This document shows positions 22,638 through 33,308 of a stretch of 64,000 bases of DNA, one piece after another; positions within the stretch are counted from its first letter, which is position 1; each line of letters opens with the position of its first letter. Under the pieces are notes generated by a model that saw nothing but the letters and a program-made list of their open reading frames with translations, ran no database searches and was not told the origin of the DNA. Made by a program: the position numbers and the translations under genes. The stretch comes from an uncultured Planctomycetota bacterium (GTDB lineage: Bacteria > Planctomycetota > Planctomycetia > Isosphaerales > Isosphaeraceae): contig CAWJTV010000005.1 in NCBI GenBank assembly GCA_963845755.1, positions 672,001 to 736,000 of the forward strand, read 5' to 3'.

Positions 22638-23804
22638 CTAGTCGATGATCTCCAGTTTGGGCATCTTGGGGGTCTTGATGTTTTGGATGCTGATCTGCGC
22701 GGCGAGTTGTTCCACGACGCCGAGCAACGCGGGACGGGATGGCGAACCGGGAAGTAGGGCTTGTGCCATCTGTCCGGCATCGCCGGTCTCCCGGAGGAAG
22801 ACGTTCAAGGGGACCTCGCCAAGGAACGGTACGCCGAGCTGTTCGGCCTTACGCCGGGCGCCGCTGCGACCGAAGATGTAGACGCGTTCGTCGCCGGGTG
22901 TGTCGAAGTAGCTCCGAGCCTCAGTGAGTTTTTGGGCCGCAGGTCCGCCGCGATCGCGCAGGTAGGCCACGACGTCGAAGTACGCCATATTCTCGATCAT
23001 GCCTAGCACAGGGACCTTGAGTTGCCGGAACATCGTAATGGCGCGGGTTGCGTCGAGCAGAGCAACTTCCTGTGGCGTGCAGACCACGACGGCCCCCGTC
23101 AACGGCAGCGACTGCGATAAGGTAAGCGGGACATCTCCCGTCCCGGGTGGCAGGTCGATGACCAGGTAGTCGAGCGGGCCCCAGTCGACCTGACGGAGGA
23201 ATTGCTGCATGATGCCGTGGAGCATGGGTCCACGCATGATCACGGCTCGTTCCGGCTCGAGCAGGAAGCCCATGGACATGAGTTTGAGGCCGTTGGTCTC
23301 GATCGGCTGGATGCGTTCACCCCTGGCCATAGGGCGGCCGTTGGCACCGACGAGGTGGGGGATCGACGGTCCGTAGACGTCGGCGTCCATGAGACCGACC
23401 CGAGCGCCGTAGGAGTGAAGGCCGAAGGCGATGGCGGCCGCCATCGTCGACTTTCCGACTCCGCCCTTGCCCGAGCCGACGGCGATCACATTCTTGATGC
23501 CGGGTATGTCGCCGGTCTCGGCGATACCCTTGCCCCGAACCTCCGCACTCATGTTGATCTGAAAGGCCCAGTCGCCGGGCAAACGCCCCTGGAGGGCGGT
23601 CCGCACATCGCGCTCGATCTGCGCTTTCAAGGGGCATGCGGGGGTGGTCAGGTTGACGGTCAGGGCCACCGTGCCGTCAGCGATCCGGATGTCCTTGATC
23701 ATCCCGAGATCGACGAGGTCGCGACCGAGGTCCGGGTCCTTGACACCCTTGAGAGCGTCGAGTACGTCCCGCTCGGTGAGCGACGTGTTGGTCTTGCCGA
23801 ACAT
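22638..23804 (-). CDS. mrp: Mrp/NBP35 (ApbC) P-loop Fe-S carrier ATPase with N-terminal DUF59 domain
   Basis: VKDPDLGRDLVDLG, LTTPACP, GSGKGGVGKST, DADVYGPSIP, RGPMLHG, DLPPGTGD, TPQEVAL, ENM. Confidence 0.93.
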   Translation of the reverse strand: MFGKTNTSLTERDVLDALKGVKDPDLGRDLVDLGMIKDIRIADGTVALTVNLTTPACPLKAQIERDVRTALQGRLPGDWAFQINMSAEVRGKGIAETGDIPGIKNVIAVGSGKGGVGKSTMAAAIAFGLHSYGARVGLMDADVYGPSIPHLVGANGRPMARGERIQPIETNGLKLMSMGFLLEPERAVIMRGPMLHGIMQQFLRQVDWGPLDYLVIDLPPGTGDVPLTLSQSLPLTGAVVVCTPQEVALLDATRAITMFRQLKVPVLGMIENMAYFDVVAYLRDRGGPAAQKLTEARSYFDTPGDERVYIFGRSGARRKAEQLGVPFLGEVPLNVFLRETGDAGQMAQALLPGSPSRPALLGVVEQLAAQISIQNIKTPKMPKLEIID

Positions 23805-23831
23805 AAGTCCTTATCCTTCAATTGAGTGGCA

Positions 23832-24334
23832 TCAGGGGAGCCGTGAGGTAGATCGGGCGCCGGGGATTACGTCAGGCTCGCCCAGATGGTTGGAGAGCCA
23901 GCTCCAGGGATCGGTCTCGGAATCGGGAAACGTGGTCTGGGACCAGCCGGTGCGTCCGATGTCCCGCCGGGAGATCACGACCCAACGAGAAAGAACTTCG
24001 GCAACAACCGGTGGGGGCACGAATCCCGAGAACACGTGGGTTGCGCCAGGTCGCGGGCCAGGACCGCGAAACCTTCAACGGCCTTCGAGTCGAGGACCAG
24101 GGCCCGCGCACTGGGTGCGTTGAGCGAGATCAGTCCGAGATCCCGCAACGCCGATTCGGGTTGTCGCCCAAGGTCGATCAGCACTACAGGAAAAGCCAGG
24201 CCGATGAGGAGCACTCCGAGATCTTCGGGCGAGCGTGACTCGAACCAGCGAATCGGTTGATCGTGCATCCTGGGTCGCAACTGGCGGAACCAGTCGCCCA
24301 ACCGCCCGTGGAGGATCACCGGCACGCGCGTCAA
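23832..24334 (-). CDS. hypothetical protein with degenerate receiver-like fold (frameshift near 24048)
   Basis: ORF 23975..24361 (VILHGRLGDWFRQLR...PVVLIDLG...LARDL) joins ORF 23832..24035 (GATHVFSGFVPPPVVAEVLSRW); start codon uncertain (TTG 24334). Confidence 0.55.
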
Positions 24335-24736
24335 GGTTCCGATTCTCCCACAAGACTGCAACTTCCGTCACACCGATCTCCGGTCGATCCGACCGCGGTG
24401 GGCTCGCCACCGATTCGTGGATTATAGCCAGGAAATCCCGACCGTTCGAGGGCGCTCGCGCCGCGAAACGGTTTCCAGGATCGCCCGCTCGGGGCGCGGA
24501 TGCCGGCCGATCGATGACCGGCGTAACGGGCTCCGAAGCATTCCACGCGCGCACGACCCCATTGTCTTTGGAGCGAGACCGTGCACCAAATATCGGAGAA
24601 CGACGGGCGAAGGACTCCTGATTGCGAGGGGTACTTCGTCGAGGACGGATCGCCCCGGCGGGGGTCGGGCGTGCTCGTTCGAGCCGATCTCGCAAGGATT
24701 CGGTCACACTTCGTGATTCATCTGGAGCCAGCGACC

Positions 24737-25546
24737 ATGGAAAACCAGCCGAAGCCGCAATGGGTCGTCCCCAATCCCCAGGTCCCTCGCACCTTCGGTC
24801 TCCTGAACATCATCTTCGGCGTCATCATGCTCCTCGTGGGAGCCGGTTATGCGGTCTGGTTCGTGATGGCACCGACATTCACGAAGGCCATGCAAGTGGA
24901 AATGGAGAAGCAGCAGGCGAATATCACGGCGCAGCACGAGGCCAAGCTCGCCGACCTGAAGCGCCGCGAGGAGGCCGCGAAGTCGGAGGAGGAGAAGGTG
25001 ACCCTGAAAAGTGAGCGGGAAACCCTGGCCGCCACGCCGCCTCCCGACATGTCGTCGTTTCAGGACCTCACCGGCTGGAACATCATGAGCGATACGCGCC
25101 TGGCGATCTACTACTTCTCCGAGGTCGGTTCCGGGATCCTGCTCAACATCCTGATGATCGTCGCGGGCGGGGGATTGCTGGCCCTGACCAATTGGGGGCG
25201 CCGGCTTGCGCTCGGAGTCGCCTGGTTGAAAATCCTCCGGTGGGCGGCCATGATCGTCGTGACGTTGGTCCTCGTCGTGCCGATCACGACCGAGCGGATG
25301 CAAAAGGCGTTCGCCAAGATCGACGCGCAGGCCCAGGCCAAGGGCGGACCCGCCCCGTTCAAGATGACGGACTTCGCGCGGATGTCGGCGATGATGGGTG
25401 CCGTATTCGCTACGATCGGCGGCATTGTGGCTTCGATCTACCCGGCGCTCACCTTATGGTTCCTGACGCGACCCCGCGCCGTGGCTGCGTGCTTGCCCCT
25501 CAAGTCAGAACCCGAGGAACCAAAGGAAACGATGGAGTGGACATGA
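24737..25546 (+). CDS. membrane protein (about 4 TM helices with a coiled-coil loop)
   Basis: MENQPKPQWVVPNPQVPRTFGLLNIIFG; hydrophobic segments; its stop overlaps the next start (ATGA). Confidence 0.75.
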   Translation: MENQPKPQWVVPNPQVPRTFGLLNIIFGVIMLLVGAGYAVWFVMAPTFTKAMQVEMEKQQANITAQHEAKLADLKRREEAAKSEEEKVTLKSERETLAATPPPDMSSFQDLTGWNIMSDTRLAIYYFSEVGSGILLNILMIVAGGGLLALTNWGRRLALGVAWLKILRWAAMIVVTLVLVVPITTERMQKAFAKIDAQAQAKGGPAPFKMTDFARMSAMMGAVFATIGGIVASIYPALTLWFLTRPRAVAACLPLKSEPEEPKETMEWT

Positions 25547-27334
25547 ACGTGGTCATGGCCATTTTCGGGCCGTTGGCAGGCCCCGAATGCCGCCGCGCGC
25601 TCGCGCGCGGCTGGGTGATTGTGGTCCGATCCCTCGTCGCGGTGGCACTGGCCATCGTCGTACTCGCCATGGCGTGGACCTGGTGGATCAGTGCCCGCCT
25701 GGACCCGTGGTATTCACCGTCGATCGAGCTCCGGACCGCGATGGCGGCGGGGGCCATGTTCTTGCTGACGATCGTGGTGGTGATGGCACCGGCGGTCCTG
25801 GCCGGCTCGCTCGCCGGTGAGCGGGAACGCGGGATCCTTCAGCACCTCCTGATCACCGCCGTCAGCCCGCGCGAGATCGTCTGGGGGCGGCTGATCGGGA
25901 AGTTGAGCCAGGTGGGGATGATGATGCTAGCCGCCCTCCCGGCACTGGTGATCCTGGCTGGACTGATGGGCCTGGATCTGGCTCGAATCGGGACCTTGTT
26001 GCTGCTGCTGACGGCGGTCCTCGTCGGTGGCGGCGGGATGGCCGTGGGGGCTTCGGTGATGGCACGCCGCGGCCGTGACGCCCTGCTCGGCGTGTACCTC
26101 GTGATCCTGATGCTCCTGCTGGCTCCGATGGCGGAGCGGCTGGCGTGGTGGGCCGGACCGATCGGCTGGCTCGAGTTTTCCAACCCGTATCTGAGTTTGG
26201 CACGACTCGTATGGCAGGGAGAGATCAGTCCGGCACTGGCGACCTCAGGCATCTGGCTGGTGCTGGGATTCCTGGGCACGGCTCTCGCAGCATGGCGGTT
26301 GCAGCCCAACTGTCTCGCGCCGGAAGACCGGGTCAAGCGGGCCCGGCACCGGCGATGGGTTCCCGCGCTGGGCGAGCGACCCATGCTCTGGAAAGAACTG
26401 TTCATCGAGCGCGCCGGCACTCTCGGCCGGCTCGGCCATGGATGGGACTGCTCATCGTCATCCCTCTCGGTGGCGGGAGCCTGATCATGGCCGGGACCGT
26501 GGCCTGGGCCTTGCTCTGGAGTGGCAACACCGAGTTGTCAGACTGGGCGACCGATGTCCTGGCGCAGATTCTCAGGACACCCATCTGTACCTGGGCTGGA
26601 TGATTCAATTGGCCATCGGGTTACGGGCCGCCGTGTCGATCGCATCAGAACGGGAGAGCGGGACATGGGACGCGCTCCTGACCAGCCAGCTCGAGCCGGG
26701 CGAGATCGTCTACGCCAAGGTCTACGGCAGCCTCTACGCCCTGCGATGGTTCCTCGGCGCGATCGTCCTGGCCTGGACTCTGGGTGTGGGCGTGGGGGCG
26801 ATCCCGTGGAGCGAGTACGCTAACTGGACGGTAAGCAATCTTGCGGCCGGCATCTTGATGGCCGCGATCGGGGTTCGATGTTCGCTGTCGCTTGCTACGG
26901 CAACCAAATCGATGACCTGGACCGTTGCGCTTTGGTTGGGCTCGACTCTGGTGGTCTACGCGGGGGCACTTGCGATCCTATGCCTTGGATATCTGACCTT
27001 GATGGCGTTCATGCTCACGTTGATTCAACTCGGATTCGTGAGTCCCCAAACGATCCCCCTGTTCGGGTTCGCTCCCGTTCGCCTCTCGACTGCCTGGATC
27101 GTGTCAACCAATGCGGTGACTCTACTGATCGCCCTCCTACTGATCCTCGACACGCGGCTGCGGTTCGATCGGATCGCGGGACGGATTACCGGCGGTGCCG
27201 TCGAGGCCACGGTCGATGCGTGGATCCACGGCGAACCGGGACGACCGGTCCTGATGGACCGTCACTCGTCCAAGCCACTCGAACAGGCCTCAATCTCGGC
27301 CGATACCATGCAAGCGCCCGAGCCTGTCGGTTGA
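25543..27334 (+). CDS. ABC-2-type transporter permease-like protein with two membrane domains (frameshifts near 26438 and 26583)
   Basis: AGSLAGERERGILQHLLIT...EIVWGRL, PMLWKELF, and a second AVSIASERESGTWDALLTS...EIVYAKV motif. Confidence 0.8.
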
Positions 27335-27390
27335 TTCACACGCCGAATCGAATCGAGTCTCGGCCGACGATCCGCCGCCGCTCGCCCGGC

Positions 27391-29152
27391 TCATGCCGGG
27401 CGGATGTGCAATTCCTTGAGTTGTCGGGGCTCGACCGTGCCGGGTGCACCGGTCATGAGGTCGGTCCCCTTGGCGGTCTTGGGAAATGCGATGCAGTCCC
27501 GGATATTGGTCAGGCCCGAGTAGAGCATCGTCAGCCGGTCGAACCCGAGTGCGATGCCACCATGGGGCGGTGCACCATTGCGCAAGGCACTGAGGAGGAA
27601 CCCGAACTTCTCCTGGGCCTGCTCGGGGGTGAGCCCTAAAAGTGCGAAAATCTTCGACTGGATCTCCGGGTCATGGCAGCGGATCGTCCCGCCGCCGGCC
27701 TCCTCGCCGTTGATGACAAGGTCATACGCCTGACCCCGCACCTTACCCGGTTCGGAATCCAGCAGCGGCAGGTCCTCGGCCAGCGGCATCGTGAACGGGT
27801 GATGCTCGGCGGCGAACCGTTTTTCCTCGGCATCCCAGGCAAAGAGGGGAAAGCGCACGATCCATGAGTAATGGAAGGACTTCGCGTCGTAGAGCGATAG
27901 CTCGGCGGCGAGTCGTCCGCGCAGGCTCGACAACGCCAGGCTGGTGACTGCCTGGGTATCGGCCACGATCAGGATCAAGTCGCCGGTCTTGGCCTCGAAC
28001 CGCGCGCGGAGCCGCTGCTGGGCCTCGGTAGGAAAGAACTTCGCGGTCGGACCGGTCAGGCTCTCGCCCTCGACCCTGAGCCAGATTAGACCCTTGGCTC
28101 CCATCCCACCGATGAATTCGGCCAGGCCATCGAGGTCCTTGCGACTATACCGCGAGCCACCGCCAGGCGCGCACAGGCCCCGGATTCGATGTCCGACCTC
28201 CTTCGCCTGCTGGAACACCTTGAACTCGGTCTCTCCGGCGATGTCGGCCACGTCTTTCAGCTCCAGCCCGTAGCGCAGGTCGGGCCGGTCGCTGCCGAAT
28301 CGCTCCATCACGTCGTGGTATTCGAGGCGGGGCAGCGGGAGGCGCGACCTCCTGGCCGGTGAACTCCCTGGCCATCTCGGCGACGAGGATCTCCATGGTG
28401 GAGTTGACGTCCGCGTCGTCCACGAATGACATCTCGACGTCGAGCTGGGTGAACTCGGGCTGCCGGTTGGCGCGGAGGTCTTCGTCTCGGAAGCATCGGG
28501 CGATCTGGAAGTATCGGTCGAAGCCCGCGACCATCAGGAGCTGCTTGTAGAGCTGGGGCGACTGGGGCAAGGCGTAGCAATGACCGGCATGCACCCGGCT
28601 GGGAACGAGGAAGTCGCGGGCGCCTTCCGGAGTACTGCGGCCGAGGATCGGCGTCTCGACTTCGAGGAAGCCCAGATCCGTCATGACCCTTCGCATGAGC
28701 TGCGCCAGGCGGTGCCGGACGATGAAGACCTCCTGCATCTGCCTCCGGCGCAGGTCGAGATAGCGATACGTCAGCCGGAGCTCCTCGTTCGGCTCGGGGC
28801 CGTGCATCTCGAAAGGCGGGGTCGGAGTGGCGTTGTAGAGCACCAGTTCCTGGACCCGGACCTCGATCGCGCCGGTCTTGAGCTTGGTGTTCTCCTTGCC
28901 CGCCAGCCGGGGAGCGACCGTCCCCTTGACGCCGATGACGTACTCGTTCCTCAACTCGTGGGCGCGCCCCTGGAGTTCCTGGCCGGCCTCGGGCTCGAAG
29001 ACAACCTGCGTGACGCCGTACCGGTCGCGGAGATCGATGAAGACTAGCCCGCCGAAATCGCGCCAGGCGTCCACCCAGCCGTTCAAGGCGACGGAGTGGC
29101 CGACGTGATCGATCGTCAACTCGCCGCAGGTATGCGTTCGTTTCAGGAGCAT
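27391..29152 (-). CDS. aspS: aspartate--tRNA ligase (frameshift near 28340)
   Basis: RTHTCGEL, FIDLRDRYG, STPEGARDFLVPSR, LPQSPQLYKQLLM, CFRDEDLRANRQPEFTQLD; then FGSDRPDLRY, HHPFT, GAPPHGGIALGFDR, IAFPKT. Confidence 0.96.
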
Positions 29153-29265
29153 GGGATATCCATTGTGTCCGAGGAAACCGCGCCGGGAGCCGAGGCGACT
29201 GGCGTGATCCCCCCGCCACAGGATCGGCGAAACCCCGGAAAACTCAGCTCTCCGCCCGGTTCGTT

Positions 29266-29295
29266 ACGATACTCCCATTGTTCGAAAACCGTCAA
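29266..29295 (-). promoter_or_regulatory. probable sigma70-type promoter for aspS
   Basis: Minus strand TTGACG-N18-TATCGT about 115 nt upstream of the aspS ATG. Confidence 0.4.
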
Positions 29296-29384
29296 GTCGT
29301 CCAGGATTCCGACACAACGGCAACGGACTGGGTTCATCCCCGGTCCGGTGACGGGCTCGACCTCGGGTTCAGACGCAGGAATGA

Positions 29385-29435
29385 CGAAAGCACCCGCGAG
29401 GGGTCCGGTGGCCGGTCCCCTCGCAGGTGCTTCGT
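29385..29435 (-). terminator. hairpin, probable intrinsic terminator of the transglutaminase-like gene
   Basis: GCACC-CGCGAGGGG-TCCGG-tgg-CCGGT-CCCCTCGC-A-GGTGC stem about 40 nt after the stop at 29477, followed by TTTCGT on the minus strand. Confidence 0.55.
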
Positions 29436-29476
29436 GATTTCGCAATTCAGCCAGATGACATTCGTCTCGGTCTGGT

Positions 29477-31027
29477 TCAACGCCCGAAGAAGGCGCGGCG
29501 GATGAATCCACCCAGACGGGTGCCCGACGTCGAGCTGGAACTCTCGGCGATCATGGATGCACGGCCAGCCTCATACTGGTCAACCGGACGAAACACGGGG
29601 GGCCTCGAGGCGAATCGTCCGAGCGATCCACCGCCGTTGGCCATGTCCAGGGAGCGGACGTTCGCCTCCGTCACGTTCGGGTTGTGTCCACCCCACTGCG
29701 ACTGGACGAGCTCCAGGACATTCAGCGGGGCGAACATCGCCTCGCCACCCACCGAGATCCAGTCGGCCACGTTCGGATTGCTCTCATCCACCCGCCCGTC
29801 CATACCGTAGACGAGGCTGTATTCGTAGTTGACGACGCGATCGTGGTCTTCCTGGCCGTTGAGCATCGAGCCCGAGTTGGCGTGCACTTCGAGCACGATC
29901 CGCATGGCGCGAGGACCGCGGCCGGGGATAGCGTGATACGTCGCTATATACTTGTAGACACCGTGATTCCAGACCTCGGTGATGGTACCGCGCGGCGGGA
30001 AGGCCCGGAGGTTGGCCAGCAACGGCTTGCGTTCGCCGCGAATGTGCGTCTCGAGCATGGCGTGGACGCGTGGGGCCTTGTAATCGGTCGGATCGGGACC
30101 GGGTCGCGGTGGGCCCGCCGGAATCTCATTCGCATAGTCGCCGATCCGGTGATTGTAGTGATTCTCCCCGAGTTCAGCCCAGAGCGCCTTGAGCTCGTCC
30201 TGGGTCAAGCCCGATGCCGGCACCGGGACGGGCTCGTTCAGGAGGATCGAGGCGACGGCACCGCCCAGGCAATGGCCGGGCCACCGGGAGATACCGTTCG
30301 TCTGGCTGTAGGCCGCCTCCCATTGCCGTGCGAACGAGCGAAAGTTCTGGTCGTACTTGAGCAGGGGCGATTGCGTCTGAAACCGCGTGAGCTCGCCGCC
30401 GTGCTGGTTGTCCGGCCCCAGCCACGTCAGGTCGTCATAGAGGTTCGGGAACCAGGTAGCGCCGTCGCCGGCGGCCGGTTGCGTCTCGAGCAGGCCATTG
30501 GGGCCGGCCACGATGATATCCTGTCCCGGAGCGATATAGCCGCCCGGGGTCGCGATCAACTGATCGTCGCCGTTGACCGAAGAAGTGTCAACACGGCCGT
30601 TGCCTCCGGCCCAGGGCTCGTGGATCGAGTCGGCCTTTGTCGGCCAGTAGTAGAAGTTCCAGGGTCGTTTCAGGCTCTGCCCGACCTGGACGAACGTCGT
30701 TCCGACGTTGTACCTCTCCTTGGCACCCTCAACCTTGAACGTGCACCAACCCTGGTGATCGATACCGACGTCCTGGCCGTTGGTCAGGACCGTTCCATCG
30801 GCTCGCTTCAGCTCGACCACTTGTCCGGAGCTCGTCGTGATCTTCAGCTCACCGCCGAATCGCGTCGGCACGTACACTCCGTAGTAATGATCGCCGGTCA
30901 GCCCGTCCAGGGTTCCCCCCAAAGGCACGGTCTGGGCACGCTCCCCCGCGTGCGCCCCACTGGTCACGCCGATCGTCATCGTCAGCGCCCAGAGGACCGA
31001 ACCACCCAGCCGGTTACCGCTGCGCAT
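29477..31027 (-). CDS. secreted protein, GP42/transglutaminase-elicitor family homolog
   Basis: Signal peptide ending in AHA; ordered motifs PWNFYYWPTKADSI, WPGHCLGGAVASILLNEP, DELKAL, HAMLETHI, EVWNHGVYKY, YEYSLVY..DGRV..DW resemble oomycete GP42 transglutaminase blocks (recognised by eye). Confidence 0.65.
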   Translation of the reverse strand: MRSGNRLGGSVLWALTMTIGVTSGAHAGERAQTVPLGGTLDGLTGDHYYGVYVPTRFGGELKITTSSGQVVELKRADGTVLTNGQDVGIDHQGWCTFKVEGAKERYNVGTTFVQVGQSLKRPWNFYYWPTKADSIHEPWAGGNGRVDTSSVNGDDQLIATPGGYIAPGQDIIVAGPNGLLETQPAAGDGATWFPNLYDDLTWLGPDNQHGGELTRFQTQSPLLKYDQNFRSFARQWEAAYSQTNGISRWPGHCLGGAVASILLNEPVPVPASGLTQDELKALWAELGENHYNHRIGDYANEIPAGPPRPGPDPTDYKAPRVHAMLETHIRGERKPLLANLRAFPPRGTITEVWNHGVYKYIATYHAIPGRGPRAMRIVLEVHANSGSMLNGQEDHDRVVNYEYSLVYGMDGRVDESNPNVADWISVGGEAMFAPLNVLELVQSQWGGHNPNVTEANVRSLDMANGGGSLGRFASRPPVFRPVDQYEAGRASMIAESSSSTSGTRLGGFIRRAFFGR

Positions 31028-31412
31028 GCTACCTCCCTGTATTCGATCTCGAGTTCCACATCACGCGATTGCGCCGTCTCTCCGGTCCGATGCCCACAAC
31101 GAATCCCTCATCGCTTGCGGACCGGTGTCTCACTTCAGGAACGGGACGCCAATCGAAATTCCCTCCTGTTGGTTCGGCTAAGGGCGCGTGGCGGATGGAC
31201 ATCAATTCGCCCTCACGCACAACCTCTCTCTAGAAACTCGTCAGAGCCCCTAGAATGCGCGAGAGTGACATATCCGCCGCGCCCTGGAGATCCGTCAGGA
31301 GAAGTGTGAAAGGACGCGTCATGGACATTCAGCGCGCACGAGATCTCCCGTTTCCGAGGAGATCGCGAACGACCCGGCGATCGCCGGGTCGCAAATCTCG
31401 AAAGGCTTTGCG

Positions 31413-32822
31413 CTACGACACGACCTTCATGGCCACCGGGTCCCAGTCGATCTCCCGTTTTTGCCGATAGCTCTCATTGCAGAGGAGTGCGGGAGCCGCC
31501 GCCCGGTAGCCAAAGGTTGCATCCTCATAGACCGGCTTGCCATGACGGACCGACTTGAAGAAATTCACGAAATGATCGAACCGCTCATCGTAGCCCTCGG
31601 GGACGACGTACTTCTCGGTCTGCTTCGACCGGCGTTTCTCCGAAGAGCGAGGATGCTCGGCGAGATACTTTTCCGCGAACGCCTTCTGCTGGGCCTTGGA
31701 GAAGGTCGTCACCGAGTTGTAGCCTTCCAGAACCTGATTGGCCGAGGCGCGTTCGATCCCGACACGGGTGAGCGTCAGCTCACGGAAGCTGACATCGATG
31801 ACGCCTTCCGTGCCGACGAAGCGGAACGCGGTCGCACCGCCGCCGCCGTCCTCGAAGTCGGTGACGAGTGACAGCGTGAAGCTCCCATGGGCGTCGGTCT
31901 CGGGATAATCGAGCAGGCCCATGATCACATCGTAGACATCCCGTCCATCGTGCCAGAAACGCTGGCCGCCCATCGCCGCCACGCGGGTCGGTCCGATTGC
32001 GCCGGTTGCGTGATGGATTCCGGTGAGGAGGTGGATGAATAGATCGCCAGCAACCGCCGTGCCATAGTCCCAGTAGTTCCGCCATCGGAAGAACCGGACG
32101 GGATCGAACGGTCGCTGGGGTGCGTCGCCCAGGAAGCGGGTCCAGTCGATCGTCTCGGGCGAGGCGTCGGTGGGGATCGAATATTGCCAGGCACCGACGT
32201 CCGAGTTCCGATTGTAACGGGCCTCGATCGCGTGGACCTTGCCCAGAGCGCCGCTGTGGATCAGATCTTTGACCTTGTCGTAGAGGATCGAGCTGGCGTA
32301 CTGGCTGCCCACCTGGAAGACGGACCGGGTCTCCTTGTTGGCGGCGATGACGGCCGGCCCCTCCTCGACCGCGCGGATCATCGGCTTCTCGCAATAGACC
32401 GCCTTTCCCGCCTTCATCGCCTCGATCGACATCTTCGCGTGCCAGTGATCGGGCACGCAGATGAGCACGGCATCGACGTCCTTGCGTGCGAGGATCTCGC
32501 GATAGTCAACATACGTCTCGACGTGGCTGCCGAAGACTTCTTTGGCGTGGGTCCTCCGGCCCTCGTAGAGGTCGGAGGCAGCGACAAGCTCCACCCCTGG
32601 GACCTTGCAAGCCGTCGTCGTGTCGATAAAGCCGATGATGCCCATGCCGATCGTGGCGATCCGGATCCGGTCATTGGGTCCGCTCGGTTGGGGCGATTGG
32701 ACCGTGGGCTTGAGCTCGTGAACGCCGTCCGCCAGCGCATTGTAGCCGACGGTCATGGCGGCCGAGGCGGCAGTCATGGACGTCAGGAATGACCGTCGAG
32801 TGCCTCCGGTAAAGTCTTGCAT
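31413..32822 (-). CDS. Tat-exported Gfo/Idh/MocA-family oxidoreductase
   Basis: MQDFTGGTRRSFL (Tat) after a GGAGGA RBS; IGMGIIG, VPDHWH, YCEKP, FQVGSQ, WRNYWDYGTAVAGDLFIHL. Confidence 0.9.
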   Translation of the reverse strand: MQDFTGGTRRSFLTSMTAASAAMTVGYNALADGVHELKPTVQSPQPSGPNDRIRIATIGMGIIGFIDTTTACKVPGVELVAASDLYEGRRTHAKEVFGSHVETYVDYREILARKDVDAVLICVPDHWHAKMSIEAMKAGKAVYCEKPMIRAVEEGPAVIAANKETRSVFQVGSQYASSILYDKVKDLIHSGALGKVHAIEARYNRNSDVGAWQYSIPTDASPETIDWTRFLGDAPQRPFDPVRFFRWRNYWDYGTAVAGDLFIHLLTGIHHATGAIGPTRVAAMGGQRFWHDGRDVYDVIMGLLDYPETDAHGSFTLSLVTDFEDGGGGATAFRFVGTEGVIDVSFRELTLTRVGIERASANQVLEGYNSVTTFSKAQQKAFAEKYLAEHPRSSEKRRSKQTEKYVVPEGYDERFDHFVNFFKSVRHGKPVYEDATFGYRAAAPALLCNESYRQKREIDWDPVAMKVVS

Positions 32823-33308
32823 AAGTTCCTCCATCGTGCAGGAATCGGTCCCGAAGGCCGTAGCCCCGCCCATCCGCGAGGCCGGTCCGGCCTGGATGGA
32901 TCCTAGCATAGGAGCCGCGGGACCCGAGAGGAAGACTCCGCACGTCGGACTTTGCAAGCTTTTTGCAAGAGTCGCGGGCCCCGCGTTTTCGCGCACAACC
33001 ACCGGTCCCCCCAGTCGAGATCGTCTCGGCAGGCCCACGCGGGCTGAGAGACGTGATCTCGTCGGTCGTGTCGAGAAGAGGGCGGTGACTCGTGGACGTC
33101 GGCAATGGGTCGACACCACAACTCACGGCCCACTCTCCTGCGAACCGAAAGAGCATCGGAGCCGCTCCCGTAGCGTGGATCGAAGGCCGCAACTCATGAT
33201 GAGGCCCAACGATTTCCCCGGTAAATCCGGGGGGTCGCGCCTCGATGTATCGAGGCGCGACCCGCCCGACGACGGTTCGTTGACCTTCTTGAACACCCTC
33301 TGAATTCG

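Noticed and set aside
28300..28360. Programmed frameshift or split aspS
   Set aside because: No slippery heptamer is evident and similar breaks occur throughout the window; sequencing error is the simpler explanation.
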